Of a stretch of 53,664 bases of DNA, positions 44,426-53,390 are shown one piece after another; positions within the stretch are counted from its first letter, which is position 1; every line of letters begins with the position of its first letter. The notes under the pieces are model-generated. The model was not told the origin of the DNA, ran no database searches, and saw nothing but the letters and a program-made list of their open reading frames with translations. The translations under genes and the position numbers were made by a program. Origin of the DNA: Myxococcales bacterium (GTDB lineage Bacteria > Myxococcota_A > UBA9042 > JABWCM01 > BTVJ01); NCBI GenBank assembly GCA_045863395.1, contig BTVJ01000049.1, positions 1-53,664 of the forward strand. Direction: 5' to 3'.

Positions 44426-47400
44426 TCAAGGGCAATCTCCTCCGAAGGCGCTCAGGGAGTCGCTCCCGATGAGATTTCCCTGGTGACCGCGCGCCTCGAG
44501 CTTCAGCGTCGACGCTCCGCAGGGCACCTGCGCCTCGGCCTGCCAGTGGGTCTCGTCGAGCCACGTCACCGGGAGTGGCGCTCCGGCGTGGCGGATCTCT
44601 CGCACGTCCACCCACCCCGTCCCCGCGACCGTCACGAGGCCCGCTCCGGCCGGAGTCGCGGCGCCGACCGCGAACGGCACCGGGGGGATCGCCTTCGTCA
44701 CGGCGTTGGGGGCGCCGTCGCGGACCCAGGCGGCGCGCGCCACGATGAACGCGTGGTGGGACGCGAACGGCTGGCTCGGCAGCAGCGCCCCGAGCTGGTC
44801 TCGCCAGTGACTCATGTAGGCGTCGTTGTAGCTCGTCTCCGTGATGTCCCAGAGGTGGCCGTAGTAGAGGCGCCTGTTCTGCGGCGATCCGAGGAGCTTG
44901 CCGAGATCGCTCGCGCCGACGACCGGCGCGTTGGGGGAGCCCGGGTAGAAGTCGAGGTCGTGCGGGAAGTAGAGGACCCGCCCGTCGGCAGGCCTCACGT
45001 AGAGCTGGGCGTTGTGCGCAGCCCCGCTCGCGTAGTTGTCCACGCAGCCGGACAGGGTCGCGAACGCGAAGGCCCGGAGCCACTGATCCACGTCGATGAC
45101 GGCGCCGACCTGGAGGAGGGCGCCGCCCTGCCCGAAGACCTTCGTGAAGGCGATCAGCCCCGCGTAGTCGTCGCGCCAGCGGTTGTTGTCGATGGCGAAG
45201 GTGTAGCGGTAGCGCTCCTTGTCGTCGCCCAGGTCCGCGACGGGGGCGCCGACGACCTGGTCCGGCTGCGGCAGCTTGAGGCCCTGCGGCGTGCCGTCGT
45301 CCGTCGTGACCGGATAGTAGACGAGCTCGTACTCGTACAGGGTGCCGTCGCCACCGTCCTCGAACTGGTTGTCGAGGAACAGGCCGCCGAAGCGCGCGAG
45401 CTGCAGCTCCGCCGGGCCCGTGTGGACGTCCCGCGGCGCGAGCACCCGGACGAGGTCGTTGTACTCGCCGGAGACGCTCCCCGCGCGGGTCATCGCCAGA
45501 TTCATCAGCATCTCGCGCTGGCCGAAGCCGACCCCCTCCGAGCGGTCGATCATCACGCTCCGGTGTACGCCGCGGAACGGACGGTCCGCCCCGAAGAACA
45601 GCGCGAAGCCGAGGCGCTTCGGCTCGGGGCGCCCGCGCTCGCTGCCCTTGAGGCGAACGCCTGCGTCGTAGTGGACGACGCGCTCGTCCTCGATGACGGT
45701 CGCCCCGAGCCGGTCGTCGCTCATCAGGTTCACGTCGGTGTGCAGCCAGTCCGCGTCCGCGGGCGTCATCACGATGCGCACCGTGTGCATCGTGGCGCCG
45801 GCCAGGCCGTCGTCGACCTTCCAGAGCGCGCGGGAAGCGGGGCCCGCCGCCGGGAACGTGGACGTGGCGCCGTCCTCGTCGGTCGCCTCGACGTAGAACT
45901 GGACGATGGTCGCCGCGGGCAGGCCGGGCGTGACAGCGGCCCAGCGCCCTCCCTGCTGCTGCATGGGCGTCGCGGCGAAGGGGCCCCCGTCGACGGACGT
46001 CCAGAGCGTCATGCCGGCGACCCCCTCGGAATCGGCGGCCTCGGCCGTGACGGTCACGGGCTCGAACGGCGCCGGCACGGGGGGAGCGTGGCCGAACGCC
46101 GTGAACAGGGGCCCGGGCGTCTCCGTGTGCGCCGTGTTGGGAGCGCCAGGGGTGCCGGTCGTCTCGGCGCGCTCGAGGACGGCGGTGTGCGGCAAGCGGT
46201 TGAAGTAGAGGCGGGCGTTCAGGCGGTTCGACCCCGACACCCAGCGGGCGCGCAGCGAGATGGCGTAGGTCTTGCCGTTCTGGATGGCTGCGCCGCCGAG
46301 GAGCGTGGTCTCCGCGTGGTTGTGCATGTGGCCCGCCGCCCCGGTCGCGACGAGCCTCAGCACGGGGTTCGCCGGGTCGTCGGGGTCGGGCACGACGGTG
46401 GAGTGGCGGTGCGTCCCGAGCAGGCGCCAGGCCGCCGCGCCGCCGGCGAAGCCGTCCTGCACGACGGGGATCGCGGCGCCTGCCGGATCCTCGACGACGC
46501 TCACGTCGTCGACGAGCACGACGCCCGCGTCGAGGAGCCCGAGCACGAGCTCCTGCCACTGCCCGTCCGGCCCGACCGCGCTCGGCTCCGCGACGCCCTC
46601 CCACGCGACGGTCTGCCACGGGCCCAGGCTCGCGCTCGCGGCCCACGCCTCGGGGATCGCGTTGTCGAGCCAGGGGTTGCGCAGCTCGAGCGTCGAGCCG
46701 CCCCCGTCGGCGGCCTCGGGCCACCGGCCCCCGTCGCGGTAGGGCACCTCGTCGACGGGGTTGCCGCAGGCGTCGCGCAGGGCGAGGGTCTCGCCGGAGT
46801 TGGACAGGCGCCCCGTGAACGCGCCGAGGACGGCGACCCCCGGGTGCGCCGCCAGCAGCGCCGCCGGATCCCGCGCGACGACCGCGTAGCCGCCCGCGGG
46901 GATCGTGGCGCCGGGGGGGAGGGTCGCCTGCACGCCGTCGACGAGCTGCCAGCCGGAGACGTCCACGGCGACCGCCGAGCGGTTGTGGAGCTCCACCCAC
47001 TCCTCGTCGGAGGCGACCGGGCCGCCCGGAGTCTCGAGGGGGGGCGCGTGAAACTGGATCTCGGAGATCACGACGGCGTCCGTGATCGGGACGACGTTCG
47101 CCTCCCCCGGGGTCGCCGCGTCGGGGGACAGCCACGGCCCGAGGGGAGCCGTGCGGGCGCGGACCCACCCGGTGAGCTCCACGCCGTCGAGGACCCCGTC
47201 GCCGAGCAGGAACAGCTTGTCCCCTGGCTCCGCGCCGGCCCCCGGCAGGTCCACGACCGCGCGCTCTCCCGGCGCGAGGCTGGTGGCGGGGAGGCTCACG
47301 AGGTCGCCGCCCAGCGCGAGCGCGTGCTCGGCCAGGTCGAGGGGGACGGAGCCGGCGTTGACCAGCTCGACCCACGGGTCCGACGCGGGCCCGACCTCGC

Positions 47401-49456
47401 TGAGCTGGAGCCCGGGGTTGGCGGGAGCGGCCGGCGGGGCCCAGACCTGGGCGAGGACCTCGGCGCCGAAGGTCATGTCGTCATCGTCCGGGCCCGCCTG
47501 GTGGACCTCGACGGCCAGGACGTTCACGCCGGGGACGAGCAGCTCCGACGGCAGAGGCGTGGGGGCCGCGGACACGGCGACCGACACGGAGGCGCTGGCG
47601 AACGTGGCCGCGGTCACCGGCCCCTCGGGCATGTTCTGGCGGAAGACCTCGACGCCGTTGAGGCTGAACACCGCTCCGTCGTCGACGAGCGGCCGGAGCC
47701 AGAGCGCCGTGGCCGCCGGGTCCTCCACGACGAGGGTCGTCCGGAAGTACACGGTCGTCGGGCCGAGCGGCAGCACGGTCTGGCCGGCAGGCGCCAGGAC
47801 GGGCGTCTCGGAGCGGAAGAGCGCCCACGTCTCCTGGGCGTTCGTCGCCGAGGCGCCGTCGAACGTGTCGGGCCAGATGAACCAGGGCTCTCCGGCGAAC
47901 TGCCCTGCGAGGGCACCGCCCCAGGGAGAGGACGACTTGGGCGCGGCGGCCGCCGGAGCGCTCCACGAGCCCTCGGCGTCGGCGTAGGCGATGGCCGCCG
48001 CGACGGCCTCGAGGGACGGCGGCGGGGCGGCCAGTGAGTCCCCCGGGTTCGCGCCGGGCGGGCCGAGCACGGCGGCGAAGGTCGCGGGGCCCGTGGCGAC
48101 GGAGACCCCGCCGTCGATCTCGGCCTCGGCGACGATCATCTGAGGCGACCAAGAGTCTCCGGGGCCCTCCCAGCCTGCGAGGAACAGGCGCTCCTTCGGG
48201 AACACCTCCACGTCGAAGGCCTCGACGGACGTCCAGTCCGTGACCGCGTCGCGGCCCACGAGGCGCAGGTCCGCGCCGTCCGGGGCGCCCACGTAGACTG
48301 CGAAGTGGTTGTCGGCGGTGACGCGGACCGTCGCGACGCCCTGTTCGGGGCCGCCCGCCGTGAAGACGGCCTGGCCGGCGGCCCATGCGCCGTCGTCGAA
48401 GCCCGGCGCCTGCCAGCCGGGGGGTGCGGTCAGCGAGGTGCGCCACACGGCGTCGAGGGGGAGCAGCGCGCCGAAGGTCGACGGCGGGGCGGCCGGGGGG
48501 AGGTTCGGGGCCCCGGGGGTGCCGCCGACCACGGCGCTGCCCGACCAGCTCTCGGCCCGGGGGCTCGGCGCGAGGGGGTCGGGCTTCGCCAGGGAGAGGC
48601 CCGAGCCGTCGGGCGTGACGGGCCACGGCGCGGAGTCGTCGTAGTCGACGGCGTCCATCAGGCGCCCGCCGTTGCTGCGAAGCTCGAGGCGCTCGCCGCC
48701 GTTCGAGAGCTTGCCGTCCCAGGGCCCGAGCGCCCCGGGGACGCCGGCCGCGGCGAGCTTCGCGGGGGAGGCCGCGACCAGCAGGTGGCCGCCCGCGGCG
48801 ATGAGCGTGCCGGGGGGGAAGCCGTAGTCCACGCCCCCGGCCAGGGACCAGCCGGAGACGTCCGCGTCGATGGTGAAGGGGTTGTACAGCTCCACCCACT
48901 CGAGGTCGCCGTCGGGTGGGTGATACATCAGCTCCGAGAACGTGACGGCGCCGCCGGTGACCTCGGCTCCACGAGACCACGGTGGCTCGTCGTGGGCTGC
49001 GCACAGCCCGGGCGGCGGGGCCCCGGCGTCGGGTGCGCTCGCCGTGTCCGCGGTGTCGGGCGGCGCAGGGCCCGAGTCGCTTGGTTGGGCATCGCCGCCC
49101 CCCGGGGCCGCATCGGGCACCACGGAGTCCGGGGCAGGGCCGGCGTCGGGGCCCGCGTCGGCGAGCGCTTGGACGTCGGCGTCGGGCGCGGCGTCCGTGA
49201 GGACGTCGGAGGCCGCGTCGCCCCGTGGACCCACCACGCCGTCCGCGACCGCATCGGCTCCCCCGTCGGAGCCGTCCGGTCCCCCGTCGCTCCGCCGCAG
49301 CGCGTCCGCCGCGGCGTCGCCGCCGGCCTCCCCACCGTCCGCGGGCCCCGCGTCGCCGGGCACCGCGCCGGTCGGCCCCGTGCCCCCGTCCCCCGTCGCT
49401 GACGCTGCGCATGCCACCAGCAGGTGGAGCGCGAACAATGGACCCGCTCGCCACAT
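44426..49456 (-). CDS. Lipoprotein with lamin-tail domains and CotH-kinase-like domain (1676 aa)
   Basis: AGGAGG RBS, lipobox LVAC, DA linker, three lamin-tail starts (VTFSELMYHPP, LQLSEVG, VVISEIQFH), CotH-like VRLKGSERGR, DVDQWLR, DNY...HN..LY, FPHDLDF. Confidence 0.88.
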   Translation of the reverse strand: MWRAGPLFALHLLVACAASATGDGGTGPTGAVPGDAGPADGGEAGGDAAADALRRSDGGPDGSDGGADAVADGVVGPRGDAASDVLTDAAPDADVQALADAGPDAGPAPDSVVPDAAPGGGDAQPSDSGPAPPDTADTASAPDAGAPPPGLCAAHDEPPWSRGAEVTGGAVTFSELMYHPPDGDLEWVELYNPFTIDADVSGWSLAGGVDYGFPPGTLIAAGGHLLVAASPAKLAAAGVPGALGPWDGKLSNGGERLELRSNGGRLMDAVDYDDSAPWPVTPDGSGLSLAKPDPLAPSPRAESWSGSAVVGGTPGAPNLPPAAPPSTFGALLPLDAVWRTSLTAPPGWQAPGFDDGAWAAGQAVFTAGGPEQGVATVRVTADNHFAVYVGAPDGADLRLVGRDAVTDWTSVEAFDVEVFPKERLFLAGWEGPGDSWSPQMIVAEAEIDGGVSVATGPATFAAVLGPPGANPGDSLAAPPPSLEAVAAAIAYADAEGSWSAPAAAAPKSSSPWGGALAGQFAGEPWFIWPDTFDGASATNAQETWALFRSETPVLAPAGQTVLPLGPTTVYFRTTLVVEDPAATALWLRPLVDDGAVFSLNGVEVFRQNMPEGPVTAATFASASVSVAVSAAPTPLPSELLVPGVNVLAVEVHQAGPDDDDMTFGAEVLAQVWAPPAAPANPGLQLSEVGPASDPWVELVNAGSVPLDLAEHALALGGDLVSLPATSLAPGERAVVDLPGAGAEPGDKLFLLGDGVLDGVELTGWVRARTAPLGPWLSPDAATPGEANVVPITDAVVISEIQFHAPPLETPGGPVASDEEWVELHNRSAVAVDVSGWQLVDGVQATLPPGATIPAGGYAVVARDPAALLAAHPGVAVLGAFTGRLSNSGETLALRDACGNPVDEVPYRDGGRWPEAADGGGSTLELRNPWLDNAIPEAWAASASLGPWQTVAWEGVAEPSAVGPDGQWQELVLGLLDAGVVLVDDVSVVEDPAGAAIPVVQDGFAGGAAAWRLLGTHRHSTVVPDPDDPANPVLRLVATGAAGHMHNHAETTLLGGAAIQNGKTYAISLRARWVSGSNRLNARLYFNRLPHTAVLERAETTGTPGAPNTAHTETPGPLFTAFGHAPPVPAPFEPVTVTAEAADSEGVAGMTLWTSVDGGPFAATPMQQQGGRWAAVTPGLPAATIVQFYVEATDEDGATSTFPAAGPASRALWKVDDGLAGATMHTVRIVMTPADADWLHTDVNLMSDDRLGATVIEDERVVHYDAGVRLKGSERGRPEPKRLGFALFFGADRPFRGVHRSVMIDRSEGVGFGQREMLMNLAMTRAGSVSGEYNDLVRVLAPRDVHTGPAELQLARFGGLFLDNQFEDGGDGTLYEYELVYYPVTTDDGTPQGLKLPQPDQVVGAPVADLGDDKERYRYTFAIDNNRWRDDYAGLIAFTKVFGQGGALLQVGAVIDVDQWLRAFAFATLSGCVDNYASGAAHNAQLYVRPADGRVLYFPHDLDFYPGSPNAPVVGASDLGKLLGSPQNRRLYYGHLWDITETSYNDAYMSHWRDQLGALLPSQPFASHHAFIVARAAWVRDGAPNAVTKAIPPVPFAVGAATPAGAGLVTVAGTGWVDVREIRHAGAPLPVTWLDETHWQAEAQVPCGASTLKLEARGHQGNLIGSDSLSAFGGDCP

Positions 49457-49712
49457 GGCTCGTCCCTCCTGACAGGCGGACAGGGTACGCCGCGCCGCTC
49501 CCCCACCGCCAGCGCTCGTGGAGCTCGGCGGGCTGCTCGGCGCTCGCCAACCGCCGCGGTTCGGGACCGCCGCCTTGCTCGTGGCGGTCGCGAGGAGCGG
49601 CGCCGCGGCCTCGGCGAACGTGGAGGGGCGTGTCATAGTGCGCGGTCGGCGGCGCCCGGGGCGCTCCAGCAAGGGCGCCGGGCGCGGCGAAGGGCCGACG
49701 AGAGAGGCGACG

Positions 49713-50340
49713 ATGACGCAGCGACGGTTGAGCGAGGTGCTGGCGGCGCTCGAGGCAATCGCGCCCCTGCGCTTCGCGAAGGCGTGGGACAACGTCGGGC
49801 TCCTGCTCGAGCCGCGGGGGGCGACCCGGTGATCCGCCGGGCGCTCCTGACCATCGACCTGACGGAGGCGGCGCTCGAGGAGGCGCTCAACGCGAGCGGG
49901 GACCTCGTCGTCGCGTACCACCCGCCAATCTTCGCCCCGCTGAAGAGGCACGTGCAGCGCGACGCCGGGCAGCGGACGCTGCTGCGCGCCGCGGCCGCCG
50001 GGATCGCGCCCTGGTCGCCCCACACGGCCCTCGATGCGATGCCGGGCGGCGTCAACGACTGGATGCTCGGGCTCGCCGGGGCGGTCACCGGCGTCGCCCC
50101 GATCACGCCCCGCCCCGACGCCCCGGCCACCGGACCAGGCCGCATCGCCCGGCTGCGCGAGCCCGCCCTGCTTGACGCTCTCGTCGCACGCTTCAAGCAG
50201 GGCCTCGGCCTCCCGTCCGTGCGGCTCGCCCGCGGCGCCGACGCGCCGGTCAGCACCCTCACGGTCTGCCCGGGCGCCGGCGGACGGCTCTTCGAGGGCG
50301 TGTACGCGGACCTGCTCGTCACGGGCGAGATGCGGCGCCG
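49713..50340 (+). pseudogene. Nif3/YbgI-like dinuclear metal protein, frameshifted and 3'-truncated
   Basis: AP..AKAWDNVGLL in one frame; LLTIDLT, YHPPIF, HTALD, GVNDW, VCPGAGG and TGEM in another. Shift at the G6 run 49816-49821; the C-terminal H..E motif is absent. Confidence 0.88.
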
Positions 50341-50387
50341 AAGTGTCTTGCGGTGGCGGGAACAGTACACAGCCCTGTGGCCGCGAC

Positions 50388-51170
50388 TCAGGCCTGGCCG
50401 CTCGCGACGAGGATGACGCGCAGCGCGAGGCCGCCGGTGAGGAGGAGGAGGGGGGCGGCCACGGTGGGGCGCAGCGCGCGGCGGGACTCCAGGTGCTCCA
50501 GCGCGAAGGGGACGAGGAGGCCGGCGACCACCACGAGGGACCAGAGGGTCGCCGTGTAGGGGCCGCCGAGGAAGAGCGAGAGGGCCTCCTGACCGCGGGC
50601 ACCGGAGGTCCCAAGGCCGATGAGGAAGAGGACGAGCAGGGCGAGCTCCGCAGAGATGGCGAGCATGTCCCACCGGCGGAGCGCGCCGTGCTCGTCGTGG
50701 CGGAGCGGGAAGAGCATCATGAAGGCCGCGCCCGTGGAGAGGCCCGAGACCAGGAAGAGGGGGCCGAGGACCGCCGAGCTCCAGACGGCGCGGGCGCCGA
50801 GCGTGCCGAGCAGGATGCCCGTGTAGACGCCGAGCGCGATGCCCAGCAGCACGTTGGCGAGGCGCAGCGCCCAGAGGCGCTCGCGGGCCCAGGCGCGGAG
50901 CCGATCGAGGCGGCCTCGGGCCTTGGCGAGCTCCGCGTCCGTCGCCTGCGCGAGGCCCAGCAGGAGCGTCGCCGGGTAGATGGCGAGGAGGATCCACGCG
51001 CCCCAGGACATGGGGGAGGCGGGGCGGAAGGTCGCGTAGAAGCGCAGGACGTGGGCCTTGAGCTCCAGGTCGAGGAAGAGCGCGCCCATGCCCAGCGAGA
51101 GGATCACGGGCACCGCCAGCGGCATCAGGCGCACCTGGCGGGAGCGCTCGCCGTCCGGGTCGCGGAGGCC
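50388..51170 (-). pseudogene. nrfD: NrfD/PsrC-family membrane subunit lacking its N-terminus (contains direct repeat copy 2, 50388..50640)
   Basis: LFLDL..FRPASPMSWGAWIL, YTGILL..RAVWSS..LGPLFLVSGLSTGAA, GGLALR. The first TM (YLFLGG-type) is missing and no nrfC partner lies upstream. Confidence 0.8.
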
Positions 51171-51385
51171 CAAGCGGCGCCCCCGAAGGCGACGGCCGGG
51201 GCGGTCAGCTCCATGAGCTGCTCCAGGCGCGCCTCGACCCCGCTGTGAGGGAGCGTGCCCCGGGCCGCGGCCATGCCACGGCGGGCCTCGGTGCCCTCGC
51301 CGGTGGCGACCACGACGGCCACGGCGTGTCCCGCGGCGACCGACGTGCCCTCATAGATCATGGAGGCGCGCTCGGCGACCTCGAC
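51171..51385 (-). pseudogene. Internal fragment of a cation-transporting P-type ATPase (end of A-domain)
   Basis: VAERASMIYEGTSVAAGHAVAVVVATGEGTEARRG..SGVEARLEQL; no start, and it abuts the NrfD fragment out of frame. Confidence 0.8.
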
Positions 51386-51810
51386 GGTTCAAAATGGGCA
51401 TGTCGCTGGTCGGCCTTATCGCCGTGCCGCTCTGCACCTCCGTCGGCCTCATCGACTGGCAGGCGTGGCGCGAGGTGCGCTGGTGGACGGGCGCCCTGGG
51501 TGGCGATAGCGGGGGTGGGTGTAGTCCGTAGCTCTGGGTGGACGCAACGGCCGCAGGCAACCCTCAGATGGTTGGGTGCATCTGCGCACAGGGAGGATCG
51601 AGGCGCCTCTTGGGCCAGGTGTAGCGCCGGGTGGAGCGCAGGCGAGGCCAAGTCACATAGGCCCCCCGGGTGGAATGCGACAACGCCCAACTGCGCGTCG
51701 GCACGAATGCCGGAAGGGCCCGACGAGCCGGAGCGATCCTCGTGGCACGTGCCCGTGCTTGATCGGCTCCCTCTGACGTGCTACCCACCAATGCACAGGA
51801 GGTGTGGATC

Positions 51811-52260
51811 GTGCGGTTCCGCTCGGAGCACTATCTGGCCGCAGCCCAGGAGCGCCGGGACGAGGCATGGCGCTTGCTCGAGGATGGCCGCTATGGGGGG
51901 GCCCTCTATCTGACAGGTGTGTCGGTGGAGTGCCTGTTCTGGGCCTATCGCACACGTAGCGGCTTCCCCTTCGAGGCCCGCCACGACCTGCTCGGCCTTT
52001 GCAAGGAATCGGGGATGTTGGAGTTCATAACGACTCGCAATCGGCAGAAGGTCGGCGAGGCTCTCGCCGAGCTTTGGCTCAGGTGGCGCAACAATTTCCG
52101 GTATGCGGGGAACCAGAGACTGAAGGCTGAGTTCAGAGACCGACAGTTGGACCGTGGGATAATTGGCGATCCTTTGAAGTACAACGCGCAAGTGGCATGG
52201 GACTCTGCCTCATATGTCATTGCAATGGGTGTAGCCGCATGGACTTCCAAAACAAACTAG
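51811..52260 (+). CDS. HEPN domain protein
   Basis: AGGAGG RBS 8 nt before GTG; A.ER..EA..LL..GRY..A.YLTG..VEC, HDL..L, W...RY pattern of HEPN helical bundles. Confidence 0.8.
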   Translation: MRFRSEHYLAAAQERRDEAWRLLEDGRYGGALYLTGVSVECLFWAYRTRSGFPFEARHDLLGLCKESGMLEFITTRNRQKVGEALAELWLRWRNNFRYAGNQRLKAEFRDRQLDRGIIGDPLKYNAQVAWDSASYVIAMGVAAWTSKTN

Positions 52261-52511
52261 CGGCTCTGTTGGTGAATGCACTTGGCGCCAACACCGACTG
52301 CCATCTCGAGACTTCCACATCGGGACGGGTAGGCGGGATCGTCATTTCGCCTGCCTTCTCAGGCAAGTCGCAGCACGAACGCCAGGAGCTGCTGTGGGAC
52401 GAGCTTCGCGTTCGCCTCTCGAAAGCGGAGGCAAACAATATCTTGGCGTTGCTGACCCTCACTCCAGACGAGCTGTCCGATCTCGATGAGGAGGCAGCGG
52501 AGCCGATGTGA
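52239..52511 (+). CDS. Small BolA-like (KH-type) protein
   Basis: VISPAFSGKSQHERQELLW..L..I..L.TLTPDE resembles BolA VVS..F.G....RH..V...IHAL....TP.E. Overlaps the HEPN gene by 22 nt. Confidence 0.7.
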   Translation: MDFQNKLAALLVNALGANTDCHLETSTSGRVGGIVISPAFSGKSQHERQELLWDELRVRLSKAEANNILALLTLTPDELSDLDEEAAEPM

Positions 52512-52634
52512 CCCATCTCGCCGTCGACTGCGGACCGGCGCCGGCGTCTCCACAGCGACCTCGGCGCATCACCTCAGTCTGGGCAATTCCTGCGCGTCGG
52601 TCCAAACCGGACGCAAATCGCTGGACCATCGCAC

Positions 52635-53390
52635 CTACTTCCAGCGGATGCATACCGGTACCGCGATCCCGAGTTGGAACGCAGCCCAGAGGCGGTGCCG
52701 CCCATCGACCACGTCGAGGCGCCCACCGGCGGAACGGTCCACCGCAATGGGACTCGCCCCGAAAAATCTGGAGTGACACTCCGAGAGTTCGTCGGGCGGT
52801 TGGGGACTGATCCGAAGCGAAGACAGCAGCTCGGGCAACCCCTGAAGTGACTCTTCGTATGCGCTGAAGTCGTTCCCGTGGTGGGGCATCAGCAGATCAA
52901 CGGCCGGGTTCTCCGTGAGCCAGTCGAAGTCATCGGGCGTGAAGTCACGCGTGTTCAGGAGGCGAAAGTCGGACCGCCAGATAGGGGGCGATTGTGCCAG
53001 CCGCTGTGCCGGCGAGGCAGGAGGGTCGCCCCCGACCAACGAGCGTGCTCCGTTGGAGTCGGTGGAAGATCGCGGCCGACCCATAGTCGACGTGGTTGGT
53101 GCGTAGCCCAGCTCGGTCTGGCGAAGTGATTCAAGCCGCACTGCGAGATCGGACAAATGGCGCGCCTGGTCGGTCAGGTCGCCGCAAGCACGTCTGACGC
53201 GAGTCACAGCGCCAGACAGCCTCAAGCCGACGTCTCGATACCAGGCGTCTGACCAGTTCTCTCCCATCGACTCGTACTGTCCCCAAATTCGCTCGATATC
53301 GTCCAAAGCCGCCATCGCCAGTGCCGATGTCTCCTGCCCAAGAGCGCGAATCACATCGGGGTCCGCTCGAAGGAAGTCGCACACGGTCAC
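52635..53390 (-). CDS. WXG100-like N-terminal domain fused to C-terminal ParB/Sulfiredoxin-like domain
   Basis: GTG start overlaps the upstream TGA (GTGA). N-terminal helix-GENWSD-helix starting RADPDVIR; C-terminal PIAV..LDVVDGRHRLWAA..LG..VPV. Confidence 0.75.
   Translation of the reverse strand: MTVCDFLRADPDVIRALGQETSALAMAALDDIERIWGQYESMGENWSDAWYRDVGLRLSGAVTRVRRACGDLTDQARHLSDLAVRLESLRQTELGYAPTTSTMGRPRSSTDSNGARSLVGGDPPASPAQRLAQSPPIWRSDFRLLNTRDFTPDDFDWLTENPAVDLLMPHHGNDFSAYEESLQGLPELLSSLRISPQPPDELSECHSRFFGASPIAVDRSAGGRLDVVDGRHRLWAAFQLGIAVPVCIRWK

Noticed and set aside
43756..50640. nrfD repeats as a DGR template/variable pair or IS ends
   Set aside because: Differences are not adenine-specific, and there is no reverse transcriptase, transposase or terminal inverted repeat.
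52508..52810. Candidate immunity ORF near the ParB-domain gene
   Set aside because: ORFs here overlap real genes, lack an RBS and have shadow-like composition.
52635..53390. Chromosome/plasmid partitioning ParB
   Set aside because: The ParB-like motif is C-terminal, with no HTH or dimerisation domain and no adjacent parA.
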